64,000 bases of DNA. It comes from Candidatus Poribacteria bacterium (lineage in GTDB: Bacteria > Poribacteria > WGA-4E > WGA-3G). Below, in pieces: positions 38,474-49,684 of this stretch; position 1 is the first letter of the stretch; each line of letters starts with the position of its first letter. Position numbers and translations under genes: made by a program. Location of the stretch: assembly GCA_963663765.2 (NCBI GenBank), contig CAXXUA010000005.1, forward strand, positions 448,001 to 512,000, given 5' to 3'. The notes under the pieces were generated by a model. That model was not told where the DNA came from and did no database searches. It worked only from the letters and a program-made list of their open reading frames with translations.

Positions 38474-40708
38474 TCAGTTTTTGTGCTTTAATCGCAAGCT
38501 ATTCAACACGACAGACACACTACTAAACGCCATCGCAAACGCCGCAAGCATCGGATGCAATTCACGCAGCATAGATGGCAAGAATTCAAGCGGAAATAAC
38601 ACCCCAGCAGCAACAGGAATCAACAACACATTATAGATAAATGCCCAAAACAGATTCTGTTTTATCGTACGCAGTGTGGACCGACTGAGCCTAATAGCAT
38701 CAGGAATAGCGCGAAGGTCACCGTGCATCAACGTCAGATCGGCTGTTTCCATAGCAATGTCTGTTCCCGTGCCGAGTGCCATCCCAACATCTGCTTGTGC
38801 TAACGCAGGCGCATCGTTGATACCGTCCCCCACCATCGCCACGAGACCTCTTGTTTCTTCTTGTGCTTTTTTTACAGCTTCAGCTTTATCTTCAGGCAGA
38901 AGTTCTGCCATCACATCGGTAATTCCAACACCTTTTGCAATAGCCTGTGCTGTGCCTTGGTTGTCTCCGGTCATCATTGTCAAATTGCATCCGAGTTGTC
39001 TGAGTTCAGTAACAGCAGTTTTCGCCTCAGTTTTCATCGTATCCGCAACAGCAAGAAGTCCGCTTACTTTTAAATCAATTGCAACCCACAATACTGTTTT
39101 AGCGTCTGCTTGTAGCCGTTCTGCGTCTGCATCAAAAGCATGTGTCCGAATGTTATGGTGTTGCATTAAGGACAAATTGCCTATGATGATATTTTTCTCA
39201 TCAAGTTGTGCTATAATACCATTACCAGCAACAGCACTGAATTCCGTAGGCATGATAGTCTCAATATCGCGTTCCGAAGCAGCAGACACAATTGCTTTAC
39301 CGATGGGGTGTTCACTACCACGTTCAGCAGAGGCAGCCATCTGAAGCAATTGATTCTTATCTCCATCGTCTGCAATAATGTCCGTAAGGGTAAGTCGTCC
39401 TTGTGTGAGTGTGCCGGTCTTATCAAGAACGACCTGCGATATTGCACCCACATGTTCTAACGCTTCACTATTCCGAAAGAGGATACCACGTTGTGCACCA
39501 AGTCCTGTGCTAACCATTATCGCTGTCGGTGTTGCAAGTCCTAATGCACATGGACACGCAATAACCAGTACTGCTACCAATCGGAGCATTGCATCTGTGA
39601 AGCCTTGAGCGGGAAGGAACCACCACACAAAGAAGGTCACTGCAGCGATAGCTAAGACAATAGGTACAAACACACTTGCAACAGCATCTGCGGTGCGTTG
39701 AATGGGTGCTTTGCTTTGCTGTGTTTGTTGCACTAATTGAACAAGTTTTGCCAGAGATGTATCTGTCCCAACATGTGTAGCCTCAATAGTCAACATGCCG
39801 CTCTGATTGATCGTAGCGCTGGCAACGGTATCACCTACAGTCTTATCAACAGGCATACTTTCACCAGTGAACAAACTTTCGTCAACGGCACTTGAACCTT
39901 CGCTCACGATGCCATCAACAGGCATGCTTTCGCCAGGACGCACAATAAGTATGTCACCAGCGACTACTTGTTCAATTGGTATGTGCTGTTCTTCACCATC
40001 TTTAAGTAGACATGCAGTTTTCGGTGAGAGTTGCATCAGTTTTTTGAGGGCCGCACTTGTCTGCCCTTTTGCACGCGCCTCCAAAAACTTGCCCAATTTT
40101 ATCAATGTGATGATAACAGCCGCAGTCTCAAAATAAACATGGTCTCCAAACCTCTCTGAATTTAGGGTTAAGGCAAACATGACGACTATACTATACAGAA
40201 ACGCAACAGAAGACCCCATTGCAACAAGCACATCCATATTTGCAGAACGATTGTTTAGTGATTTGTAACTACCGACATAGTAATCCCAACCGACATAAAC
40301 CTGCACGGGTAGTGCTAAAGCAAACATTATCCAGTTGACCCAAGGATCATGTGTCCATTCCCCAATCAATTCCATATCTCTACCCATGCTAAGTAGAAAT
40401 AACGGGAGTGTGAAAAGGATACCTACACTGAATTGATGCTTTTGTCGTTGTAGTTCTTCAGCACGTGCGGCAGCCTCTGAATCTGCGTCAATAACGTCAA
40501 ATCCAAGTGATCGGATTTTGTCAACAATCGTTTCCTCATTGAGTGAAGAAGGGTTATATGTGACTGCAGCCTGTTCCGTTGCGATGCTAACATTCGCTAT
40601 AAGAATGCCATCCATCTCTTGAAGACTATCGGTGATAGTTGACGCACAACCTTCACAATGCATCCCTGTGATAGGAAGTGAAATCTGTTGTTGCATGATT
40701 TTTCTCAA
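38474..40708 (-). CDS. copA: Copper-translocating P1B-type ATPase
   Basis: HMA domain CEGC, CPC, DKTGT, SEHP, GDGIND, YN and MAFSS Cu(I) motifs. Confidence 0.92.
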   Translation of the reverse strand: MRKIMQQQISLPITGMHCEGCASTITDSLQEMDGILIANVSIATEQAAVTYNPSSLNEETIVDKIRSLGFDVIDADSEAAARAEELQRQKHQFSVGILFTLPLFLLSMGRDMELIGEWTHDPWVNWIMFALALPVQVYVGWDYYVGSYKSLNNRSANMDVLVAMGSSVAFLYSIVVMFALTLNSERFGDHVYFETAAVIITLIKLGKFLEARAKGQTSAALKKLMQLSPKTACLLKDGEEQHIPIEQVVAGDILIVRPGESMPVDGIVSEGSSAVDESLFTGESMPVDKTVGDTVASATINQSGMLTIEATHVGTDTSLAKLVQLVQQTQQSKAPIQRTADAVASVFVPIVLAIAAVTFFVWWFLPAQGFTDAMLRLVAVLVIACPCALGLATPTAIMVSTGLGAQRGILFRNSEALEHVGAISQVVLDKTGTLTQGRLTLTDIIADDGDKNQLLQMAASAERGSEHPIGKAIVSAASERDIETIMPTEFSAVAGNGIIAQLDEKNIIIGNLSLMQHHNIRTHAFDADAERLQADAKTVLWVAIDLKVSGLLAVADTMKTEAKTAVTELRQLGCNLTMMTGDNQGTAQAIAKGVGITDVMAELLPEDKAEAVKKAQEETRGLVAMVGDGINDAPALAQADVGMALGTGTDIAMETADLTLMHGDLRAIPDAIRLSRSTLRTIKQNLFWAFIYNVLLIPVAAGVLFPLEFLPSMLRELHPMLAAFAMAFSSVSVVLNSLRLKHKN

Positions 40709-40725
40709 AGTTGTCTAACTCGCCG

Positions 40726-42456
40726 TTACGGTTCAGGAAGTAAAGGCTCCAGTTCGTTTGGTGTAGCCCTAAATATAAAAGCATCTCTTCCAGTAAAATA
40801 CTGATTGTAAACTGCTTCCCAATCGCTGTTTGTTAATCCCCATTGTGGTGCATTACCAAGTTTAAAATAAACAATATCTGCGTCTTCCAGACTCTTGAAC
40901 GGATATTCGCCAACCGGTGCGTCACGGCTACCGGGAATAAAGATAACAGCATTGTGGATTTCTGAATTCTTAACCAACGGGGGTAATTTCTGATATTCAT
41001 TACTCCATTTTTGATACGCTATACCAATACGGACATAAGTCCACACCGTGTTTTGAATAAGTAGCATTGAGCATAATCCAGCAACATAAAACATCACTGC
41101 GACATAACGAATTGCTGCAACACCCGTGCGTCTGTTTTCTGAGATCGGTTTCTTCAGTCGTTCAAAAAGGATAAACATGCCTTTCGCTGCAAGCGGAATG
41201 AAACCGAGAAATATCGCCTCTGTGTAGTAACGAGCATTGACAGGTGTAAATCCCCATGTTGATCCTTCAAAATAGAAGAAGGCGTAAAGCAACAGACTCC
41301 CAACAATCAATGAAATACTTAAGACATCGTATCTATTACGTGAGGCATGAAAAAATGGTAGAAGCACAAAAAACCAAGGTAGAAACAACGGCAAAAAGTC
41401 AATGAAAAAACCAAAAGTCAGTTTAGGTTCTGCAAGTAATCCCGGATGATAGTTGCCCCATCCGAATGCATTGAAACTGATACACGGAAGGATGTGTCGC
41501 CATGTTCTCTCGACTGCCCATTGTGGCTTAAATTCCCATCCACTATCAGGGTCAACATAGTATCCTTCTGTGCGTTTACCGAATCCAATTTTATCGTAAG
41601 GTTGCGCGGCGGTATGCGTAAAAGTGAACGGATCTCCAGTAAAATGGTGATTCCATGCCATACACAAGAACACCCATACAGCAAAAGGCATTAAGAAAAT
41701 CCCTAACCGAGATAATAATTGTTTTCGTGTAGGTAAATTGGTCTGTTTTTGTGCTTCCGTTTCATCAGACTTACTTGTCATATCGGGTTTATACAGATGA
41801 TAAAGCGCGAAACCTGCACCGACAACACCAAAGACAATTGCTGAGAGCGGACGTGTATTGAACGCATACCCTAATGCGCATCCTGAGAGAAGCGGATAAA
41901 GCACATTACCTGTACCGTTTAAGGTGCGAACCAATGCAAATAGATAGAGTGTCAAGTAAAATCGACTTACCGGTTCGCTGAACCAAGTTGATCCCATGCC
42001 TGCGGTTATCGGTGAAATCAGTGCAAACACTGCAGCGATGAGAGCAATGGGTTTCCCGTAAGTTTCTTTTACGAAGAGGAAAAGCAGAAACAGCGCACCA
42101 CCTGTTGCAAGCGCAGGAATCAGCCAAGGTGCGTTGACAAACACACCGAACATCAGCATCAACGCATTGCCGAATGGATATTTAGAATACCATTTATCGT
42201 TCAGCATGTTGATATGCGGTGAAGACGACAACCCATATTCGGGCATCGGTTTACCGTTTGGTTCCAGAGTCACCTCTCCATCTATCGTTTGCGGTGGAAC
42301 CGGTATTGATATTTTACCTTGCGCAAACAGTTTCGCCTGAAATAGATAAGAAGCAGTATCGGGTTCAAAGTAGGAAAAATTGAGGTAGATACCACTGAGA
42401 ATTATTGATAGCAGCACACCAAGTATGGAGATAATAAGAATAGTTTTGTTTTTCAT
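40726..42456 (-). CDS. Multi-pass membrane glycosyltransferase-like protein (GT-C/PMT-like)
   Basis: EPD..YLFQA, SKYPFG, multiple TM helices, ARYY. Confidence 0.7.
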   Translation of the reverse strand: MKNKTILIISILGVLLSIILSGIYLNFSYFEPDTASYLFQAKLFAQGKISIPVPPQTIDGEVTLEPNGKPMPEYGLSSSPHINMLNDKWYSKYPFGNALMLMFGVFVNAPWLIPALATGGALFLLFLFVKETYGKPIALIAAVFALISPITAGMGSTWFSEPVSRFYLTLYLFALVRTLNGTGNVLYPLLSGCALGYAFNTRPLSAIVFGVVGAGFALYHLYKPDMTSKSDETEAQKQTNLPTRKQLLSRLGIFLMPFAVWVFLCMAWNHHFTGDPFTFTHTAAQPYDKIGFGKRTEGYYVDPDSGWEFKPQWAVERTWRHILPCISFNAFGWGNYHPGLLAEPKLTFGFFIDFLPLFLPWFFVLLPFFHASRNRYDVLSISLIVGSLLLYAFFYFEGSTWGFTPVNARYYTEAIFLGFIPLAAKGMFILFERLKKPISENRRTGVAAIRYVAVMFYVAGLCSMLLIQNTVWTYVRIGIAYQKWSNEYQKLPPLVKNSEIHNAVIFIPGSRDAPVGEYPFKSLEDADIVYFKLGNAPQWGLTNSDWEAVYNQYFTGRDAFIFRATPNELEPLLPEP

Positions 42457-42652
42457 TTTATTACAATATCTTTCCTACTTGTAGACAGTCAAGTGTGCTA
42501 TCATTTCTTGGTTTCTAATTCTTTTGTATGTCTCTTGTTGTTTTGTCATAACTCAAGATTGACTTTTTCATTTGACACATGCATCAAATATGATACAATA
42601 CTATAGCAGATATAATAACACATGTTCACACAAAATGAAAGGATAACTAATC

Positions 42653-43936
42653 ATGGATTTAATACGTCAACCACCACGGAGACCTTCAAACCTGGGTGTA
42701 GCAGGAATTGTCGGTGCAGCACGCATGACAGACAAAGCACGCGCACACAACGAGGAGACACTCGGAGAATTTGTTTACGGAAGATATTCAGGTTTGGATC
42801 GACGGATTTTAGAATTTCTGGGAATTACAGCAGACGACTTTGCTGCTGCAGCTGATGAACACGATGATGCTAAACTCAGTGCCTGGATGCTGGAAAAGGG
42901 AAAAAAGACGGACGCAGAGATTGCTGCATTCAACAAATCGGAATTGGATAGACTACCTACTGACAAGAAACATCAACAACTTCTGGATGAACGACTCGCG
43001 AAGTTTGCACCAGATCGTACAGATATAAAAACAATACTACAATCCATTGAACTGGATGACTATGGTTGTTTCTGGCAGGTGGATCTCACTGCACGTCCGC
43101 CACGCAGTGCACGGTCAAGAGATGTTGCAGGTATCTGTGGTGTAGCACGCATGGCAGACAAAGCACGTGCGGAACGCGCCGGAAAAATCGGCGACTATAA
43201 ATTTGGTGATATTTCTGGACAAGATGTTCGCATATTGAAGTTCCTCGGTGTCTCTGCAGAAGATTTTCAAGAAGCTGCAGTTAACAACCCAAATGATATT
43301 GAACTTAGCGAATGGGTACAGAAAAACTGTAATAAAATACAAAATGAAATTGACGCATACAATCATGCTATGGTCAATCGCAGTCCCGATGAAACCACAC
43401 GAGAACGGTTTGAGTCGCGCCGAAACGACGTTGATCCTACAAGAACAGACATCACAACATGGGTTGCACTACAAGACTTGGATGATGAGTTGAGTTTTGG
43501 CATTGTTGACCTCAACCGACGCGCACCACGCAGCCCCTACAATACTGATGTCTATGGTATGGTGCAGCTTGCGCGATTGGTAGACAAAGGCAGAGCTCAT
43601 ATTGGCAATACGTTGGGTTCCTATTTTTACGGAGAGGAATCAGGGATTGATAGGATGACGCTTGGATTTTTAGGAGTATCCCCCACTGACTTTACAGAAG
43701 CGTTGAAGACATTACCAACAGATATTGACGTTGAAAGGTGGTTGCAGGAAAATTATCCAAAAAGTGAAGCAGACATCAATGTATTTAATGAAAAGATGAT
43801 ACATGCATCCCCTGAAACTGAACGGCATAAGGTGTTATGGGAAATGATGCTGAAAAAACTTGACGCTGACCCTTCGGTGATCAATACATGGTTTGCTATG
43901 TTGGACCTTGATGATGAAAAGACGTTTGCAATATAG
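42653..43936 (+). CDS. Triple DUF5069-like domain protein
   Basis: Three repeats of PR.....G....AR..DK.RA...G...G..SG.D...L.FLG. Confidence 0.8.
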   Translation: MDLIRQPPRRPSNLGVAGIVGAARMTDKARAHNEETLGEFVYGRYSGLDRRILEFLGITADDFAAAADEHDDAKLSAWMLEKGKKTDAEIAAFNKSELDRLPTDKKHQQLLDERLAKFAPDRTDIKTILQSIELDDYGCFWQVDLTARPPRSARSRDVAGICGVARMADKARAERAGKIGDYKFGDISGQDVRILKFLGVSAEDFQEAAVNNPNDIELSEWVQKNCNKIQNEIDAYNHAMVNRSPDETTRERFESRRNDVDPTRTDITTWVALQDLDDELSFGIVDLNRRAPRSPYNTDVYGMVQLARLVDKGRAHIGNTLGSYFYGEESGIDRMTLGFLGVSPTDFTEALKTLPTDIDVERWLQENYPKSEADINVFNEKMIHASPETERHKVLWEMMLKKLDADPSVINTWFAMLDLDDEKTFAI

Positions 43937-44009
43937 TTTACTATAGATGGTTTTCGTACTATGATAGATGTGACACGTTGATTGAGTCTTGTGATATGGG
44001 AGATAGGAA

Positions 44010-44432
44010 ATGAAGCAGTATTCAAGGTTAATTTCACTGGTAGGTGGTGTCATCTCTTTTTTTAGTTTTGCATTGCCCTGGGTGGAAGATTCCTCAGGAT
44101 TTAAACTCGCAAACATCTCTTCAAGCAACAGTAATGTAGGTTTTGTTGTGATAGTATTCATAGTTACTTTGATTATAATTGTCACGAGTTTAATACTGAA
44201 TAGACAAACATTTTTGAAAGTATTAATATCAAGAATAATAGTGATGATTTGTTGTGGTATTGGTCTATTCTGTCTTTCTTATCTGTTTTCCGGGCAAGTC
44301 AAAATCTATGGTAATTATGTTCGTGATATACAATATGGTGCGTATCTAAATACGATTGGATTTATCATTTCAATCGTAGGTATATGGAATCATCCGACAA
44401 CGAAAGATATACCACACTCCGAAGAAGAATAG
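44010..44432 (+). CDS. Hypothetical membrane protein
   Basis: ~4 TM helices, ALPW motif. Confidence 0.65.
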   Translation: MKQYSRLISLVGGVISFFSFALPWVEDSSGFKLANISSSNSNVGFVVIVFIVTLIIIVTSLILNRQTFLKVLISRIIVMICCGIGLFCLSYLFSGQVKIYGNYVRDIQYGAYLNTIGFIISIVGIWNHPTTKDIPHSEEE

Positions 44433-44469
44433 GGAAATGGAAACAACAATCGCTAACATTGAATATTAT

Positions 44470-44684
44470 CAGGACTTACGCACCCAACGGTAGGCGGGGA
44501 ATGCCAAAACGGCATTCATACCCGACGAATGCCATAGGCGCATTCGGCGTTGATTTGGGGGAATGCCTAAATGGCATTCATACCGTTGATTTCTTGATTT
44601 GGCGCCGGAAACCTAAAAAATGCTGAAAATTACATCGTTTTCGTCTTAATTCTTGATTGGATCATGAAAACTGCGTAAGTCCTG
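44470..44684. mobile_element. MITE family A (TSD ATTAT) with three nested micro-elements
   Basis: Same TIR; interior 44496-44601 is made of stacked GAATGC/GCATTC hairpin units. Confidence 0.88.
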
Positions 44685-44878
44685 ATTATTCAACATGAAG
44701 GTTTATGGTAGGTTTTAGAATTATTAGTTACATGATACGACTGTTTTCAATAGAAGTGACCTCCCAGACGCGACCGAGATGCTTTTGCAATAGAAGAAAA
44801 TACTCCAATAAACAATAATGGGAGGTACCATCAAGAAACAATGTTATGTCTGAAATGGTATAATATTTTTGTGGACTT

Positions 44879-45313
44879 ATGGAGAAACAAACAATGTATT
44901 TATATCACGGAAGCAAACAGTTGTTTCCCAAATTGAAAAAACGCAAAGCTCAAGCACCACCAGGGAGACCTCCCGAAGAAGCCTTAGAGGCAATCTATTT
45001 AACACCTGATTTTTTCTTTGCATTGGCTTGCGCAGCAAGACCCCCCGGAGTTTCTAATATAGATCTGACAAAACGAATCATTTGCTTTGAAAACCCTGAT
45101 CAGTTTGAGCCAAACGAGACGATTTACATCTATTTTGTAGATTCAACAAAAATACCAGAGGATAAGAAAATTGAAATTGATCCATGGCAGGTTGCTGTAA
45201 CTGAGAATGAGATAACTCCAGATAAAGTTGAAACCTATAAGTCTGGTGACTTGCTGAAACACTATCGCGTTACCGATAAATGGATTGACTCAGATGAAGG
45301 CAATTCAGGTTAA
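44879..45313 (+). CDS. Hypothetical protein, possibly ADP-ribosyltransferase-like fold
   Basis: LYHGS...AIYLTPD...A spacing resembles Arr-like enzymes. Confidence 0.55.
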   Translation: MEKQTMYLYHGSKQLFPKLKKRKAQAPPGRPPEEALEAIYLTPDFFFALACAARPPGVSNIDLTKRIICFENPDQFEPNETIYIYFVDSTKIPEDKKIEIDPWQVAVTENEITPDKVETYKSGDLLKHYRVTDKWIDSDEGNSG

Positions 45314-45348
45314 TAGAACACCTGCTACATAACAAAGGAGATTACATA

Positions 45349-46293
45349 ATGTTTTTTGCAACTAACAATGGTATCTATACAATTGAAGATAATGGGAATA
45401 AAGAACCTACACAAGTTTATGAAGGCACAGACCATCAGACAATGGTTTCATTGTCAAAGGGTCACACCGTAGCGGTAGCACTATCAGGTGGAACACTACT
45501 CATCTTGTCAGAGAAAGGTGAGAAATGCATACCAACAGGTATAGAGGATCCAATCGCTTCGTTGCTCGTTGTTCGTGAGGACCCGATAACACTACTTATC
45601 GGAACGGATGAGGGTGCTTATGTCTATCGGCTCGTTGATGAAGAAGGTCCTGCTGAACGGGTTAAGTCTTTTGATGAATTAGAATGTCGGAAAGATTGGT
45701 ATACGCCATGGGGCGGTCCACCAGCTGTCCGGACTCTTGCCAAAACCCAAGACGGATTTTGTTATGCAGATATCCACGTAGGAAGTATCATGCGTTCCAA
45801 CGATGAAGGTATTTCTTGGGAACCTGTCACACCGGACCTAAATAAAGATGTTCATCAGGTTGCTACGTGTCCTGCGGATGATCATCAAGTGTTTGCGAAC
45901 ACTGCTAACGGTGTCTATGTCAGTAAAGATCGAGGGCATTCCTGGGTGAATCGGCTTGAAGGGTTGCCGGTTCGCTACGGCACCTCTATTGCAGTAGATC
46001 CTGCCGACCCAAACTTGATGATCGCCACAGTCCAAAGAGGACCACGAGGCGGTGGTGCTTGGCTTTGTCGTTCAGACAATGGTGGTACGACGTGGACTCA
46101 ACTTAACGAAGATCTCAAAGAATCAGCAGATCGGATTCGCACAGGTAGTATTGCGTTTACATCTGATGGAACAGCTTGGGCTGTAATCGGAAAAACGCTT
46201 TATATCGGTAAGGATCGAGCCACAGATTGGAGTCCGTTCTGGACAGCACCCAATGTTGATAGCGAATACCCTATTCAAACCCTTGCTGGATAG
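45349..46293 (+). CDS. BNR/Asp-box beta-propeller protein
   Basis: RSNDEGISW, SKDRGHSW and RSDNGGTTW Asp-boxes. Confidence 0.85.
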   Translation: MFFATNNGIYTIEDNGNKEPTQVYEGTDHQTMVSLSKGHTVAVALSGGTLLILSEKGEKCIPTGIEDPIASLLVVREDPITLLIGTDEGAYVYRLVDEEGPAERVKSFDELECRKDWYTPWGGPPAVRTLAKTQDGFCYADIHVGSIMRSNDEGISWEPVTPDLNKDVHQVATCPADDHQVFANTANGVYVSKDRGHSWVNRLEGLPVRYGTSIAVDPADPNLMIATVQRGPRGGGAWLCRSDNGGTTWTQLNEDLKESADRIRTGSIAFTSDGTAWAVIGKTLYIGKDRATDWSPFWTAPNVDSEYPIQTLAG

Positions 46294-46470
46294 TAGTGCT
46301 TAGTCAAGTGTTTATTGACGGATCTAAAAAGTAGTCGGGAATCGGAGTTCCCTCCTACAATACACACAATACACAAGACTTCTGTAGGAGCGATCTCCGA
46401 ATCTCGACCTACAATAGTATGTTGACTCAACAGTAGTTTGTTGCAAGAGTAATTAGAGGAGTCTGTAGTT

Positions 46471-46836
46471 ATGAATGTATTAGGTATTGACTTTACTTTC
46501 TTTGCTGTGAGTGATATGCAGAGATCACTCACCTTTTATCGTGATACACTTGGCGTTCCACTGGCAGGTTTAGCACATGAAGGTAAATGGGCAGAATTTC
46601 AAATAAATCCAGGAACTTTAGCGTTAGGAGAAGGCGATTTCTTCACGGAACCCGGTGGTGGAATGGTCGCATTTGCTGTTGGGGACGCCAAAGCTGCTGT
46701 GGAAGAATTAGAACAAGCGGGGATTAAGCTTCAAACCCCATTGGGTGAATCTGCTGTATGTTTTTGGGCGGTTGTTGAAGACCCCGATGGAAATCGTGTT
46801 ATCATTCATCAGCGAAAGGATAAGACAGTTGGGTAG
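46471..46836 (+). CDS. VOC/glyoxalase family protein
   Basis: VSDMQRSLTFYRDTLG...DPDGN. Confidence 0.9.
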   Translation: MNVLGIDFTFFAVSDMQRSLTFYRDTLGVPLAGLAHEGKWAEFQINPGTLALGEGDFFTEPGGGMVAFAVGDAKAAVEELEQAGIKLQTPLGESAVCFWAVVEDPDGNRVIIHQRKDKTVG

Positions 46837-47300
46837 ATAACAATTTACGATCATAACGCGTTGTGCTAAATAACTATATGTTAATCATTGTTTCACATAA
46901 GCATGACGTTTTGCAGGTGTCCTTCATAGTTTGAAACGATCTTCAGTCCCGACAAATGCCATACACGCATTTGGCGTTGATTTGGTAGGGACGATATGTT
47001 TATAGAAAACGTCATAGTACATCCTCTTTAGTCCCGACAAATGCCATACGGGGAATGCCAAAAGGCATTCATACCGTTGATTTGGCGCATTTGGCGTTGA
47101 TTTGGTAGGGACGATATGTGTGCATTATAAACCTAATATATGTAAAAACTTTGAATACAATGGGTTAACTGGCACAAGTCGTGATCATAGATCATAGTTT
47201 TATCTAAACGAATGATAATATAAAGGTTACAATTCATAATAATTGTGGTATAATATAGCATGAGTTGGTATTGTAGAACTAATTTTGTGAGGTCGCGTAG

Positions 47301-47576
47301 ATGAACTACCGAGACATTATTACCATTGAACCTGGCAAACGTGGAGGGAAACCTTGTATTCGTGGTATGCGAATTACTGTTTACGATGTCTTAGACTATC
47401 TCGCATCAGGCATGACAGTAGTCGAAATTCTTGATGATTTTCCCTATTTAACCGAAACTGACATCCGGGCATGCCTTGCCTATGCAGCAGATCGCGAAAA
47501 AGCACAGATGGTTATTTACACAAATGAAACTTCTATTCGACCAGAATCTATCGCCTCAACTGGTGAAACGACTTGA
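47301..47576 (+). CDS. DUF433 family antitoxin
   Basis: GKRGGKPCIRGMRITVYDVL..LASG..EILDDFPYL...DIRACLAYA. Confidence 0.92.
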   Translation: MNYRDIITIEPGKRGGKPCIRGMRITVYDVLDYLASGMTVVEILDDFPYLTETDIRACLAYAADREKAQMVIYTNETSIRPESIASTGETT

Positions 47577-47855
47577 GGATTTGTTCCTAATTCTACCCAC
47601 GCACAGAATATTGGGTTAGATACCGCAGCGGATTCCGAATTGTGGAACTATGCAAGCGATAGCGACTATCTCATTGTGTCGAAGGATACAGATTTCGGTG
47701 ATAAAAGTGCAATTCATGGACATCCACCTAAAGTAATTTGGATTAAGCGAGGAAATTGTTCCACAAGAACAGTTGAAAAGATATTGACAGATCACTACTC
47801 GGATATACAATCCTTTGCAAGAAATCCAGATCAAGGATTACTGATCCTGTTATAA
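47524..47855 (+). pseudogene. DUF5615 PIN-like toxin, frameshifted
   Basis: MKLLFDQNLSPQLVKRLEDLF, then a 1-nt shift near 47586 to ..NSTHAQNIGL...IVSKDTDF...PPKVIWI..GN. Confidence 0.8.
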
Positions 47856-47921
47856 TTTCACTTTACCTTAAACCCCGCACTAATGTAATACTGTTGAAAA
47901 TACAAGGAAATTTACGTACTT

Positions 47922-48419
47922 ATGAAAACATTTTCAAGACTCAATCTTATATTTCTTATTTTTATTTTAGTAATCGGTATATCCAGTTGTGAACGGATAC
48001 CAAAAGTAATAGATTCTCAAACAGAAACACCACTGGCGGATCGCGACCATGTTTGGCCAGTTGATCAAAACGGTATTGAGGTGCCTATCCCAGGAACATG
48101 GGTATTAGTATCACATACGCACGAAAATTCGACATCTACAATTGGTGAAAATTTCACCTTACCTGCAGATCCCCAACCTATTCTTCAAACATCGGATGGC
48201 ACATATACAGATGATGAAGGTATACTCTGGACGAAAATAAGGCTTATAACCGCTGAAGGCGATAGGTGGCAGTTCCTTGAACGTGTAGATACAAGTGTTT
48301 CACCTCATCAACTCTACGCTGTTGTTACAGTAGATGAAAATGGAATCCCAATTCTTGAATATGGTGAATATCCATTTGATTTACCGAGGTACAACGTGCA
48401 AATTTGGGAGAAACAGTGA
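47922..48419 (+). CDS. Hypothetical lipoprotein
   Basis: Lipobox ISSC. Confidence 0.7.
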   Translation: MKTFSRLNLIFLIFILVIGISSCERIPKVIDSQTETPLADRDHVWPVDQNGIEVPIPGTWVLVSHTHENSTSTIGENFTLPADPQPILQTSDGTYTDDEGILWTKIRLITAEGDRWQFLERVDTSVSPHQLYAVVTVDENGIPILEYGEYPFDLPRYNVQIWEKQ

Positions 48420-48448
48420 GGAATCACATATAAATCAGGCGCATTCCC

Positions 48449-49684
48449 ATGCTATTCCGTTTTTCACTCTACGGCTTCCTAAAAAATCAACGCTACTATG
48501 ATCCGTTTATTGTATTAGCATTCCGTGAGAAAGGTCTATCCTTTTTACAAATCGGTCTCATTTTCGGATTTAGAGAGGTATGTACGAATATCTTTGAAAT
48601 TCCTTCTGGTGCTGTAGCAGATCTTTATGGTCGACGTCGTGCCATGATATTTTCGTTTTGTGCTTATATTGCCTCTTTCGCTACATTTGCATTAAGCAAT
48701 TCACTCCTGATGCTTTTTGGTGCTATGTTCTTCTTTGGCTTAGGCGATGCGTTTCGAACCGGTACACACAAGGCGATGATTTTCGACTGGTTACGTTTGC
48801 AGGGTAGATCAGATGAGAAGACAAAAATATACGGCTTTACACGTTCATGGTCACAGATGGGGTCTGCGGTTTCTGTTCTCATTGCAGGCACATTAGTTTT
48901 TCTCCTTGGCAATTACACAGCTATTTTCTGGTATTCAATTATTCCATACCTAATAAACATCATTAATTTCTTTGGTTATCCGAAGGAACTTGATGGCGAT
49001 AAACAGAGTGAGTTTTCACTCAAAGCGGTTGCAAGTTTGTTCTGGAGTGCGATCAAACAATCAGTGCAATTCCCTCCTTTACGCCGTTTAGTTTTTGAGG
49101 GTATGGGTTTTGAAGGTATGTATAAAGCAAGTAAAGATTATCTACAACCGGTACTTGAAAAGGCTGCCACCGTATTACCAATTCTGTTAACAGTTGATAG
49201 TTCAAAACGCACTGCGGTTCTCGTTACGGTTATCTATTTTCCACTCTATTTTTTATCATCATTTGCCTCTCGGAATTCCCATAGAGTTTCGGATTGGCGA
49301 GGTGGAGATGAAGGTGCTGCGCAAGTGATGTGGTGGACAAATTTATTATTTTTTGCCCTGTTGATTCCAGCTTTTTATTACAACTTACACCCTGCGATAA
49401 TCGCTCTATTCGTCATTTTAGCAATACTTCAGAATTTTTGGAGACCCGGTTTGATTAGTCGTTTCAATGTACAGTCTTCACCTGAGATGAGCGCGACAAT
49501 TTTATCCATAGAAGGACAATCGAAATCTTTAGCGACAGTAATCCTTGCTCCATTGCTCGGATGGTTAGTAGACAATGCTGGGAACTTTTACCCAGTAGGT
49601 ATTGTTGGTACTTGCATTGCAGTGGTAATTCTTATAGCATATCATAGTCAATTAGAAGTGAAACCCGAATATAGTGCGGAGTAG
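48449..49684 (+). CDS. MFS transporter
   Basis: EIPSGAVADLYGRRR motif, ~12 TM. Confidence 0.9.
   Translation: MLFRFSLYGFLKNQRYYDPFIVLAFREKGLSFLQIGLIFGFREVCTNIFEIPSGAVADLYGRRRAMIFSFCAYIASFATFALSNSLLMLFGAMFFFGLGDAFRTGTHKAMIFDWLRLQGRSDEKTKIYGFTRSWSQMGSAVSVLIAGTLVFLLGNYTAIFWYSIIPYLINIINFFGYPKELDGDKQSEFSLKAVASLFWSAIKQSVQFPPLRRLVFEGMGFEGMYKASKDYLQPVLEKAATVLPILLTVDSSKRTAVLVTVIYFPLYFLSSFASRNSHRVSDWRGGDEGAAQVMWWTNLLFFALLIPAFYYNLHPAIIALFVILAILQNFWRPGLISRFNVQSSPEMSATILSIEGQSKSLATVILAPLLGWLVDNAGNFYPVGIVGTCIAVVILIAYHSQLEVKPEYSAE

Noticed and set aside
38676-40136. Long plus-strand ORFs (e.g. 222 aa at 38676-39344)
   Set aside because: Antisense shadows of the copA ATPase.
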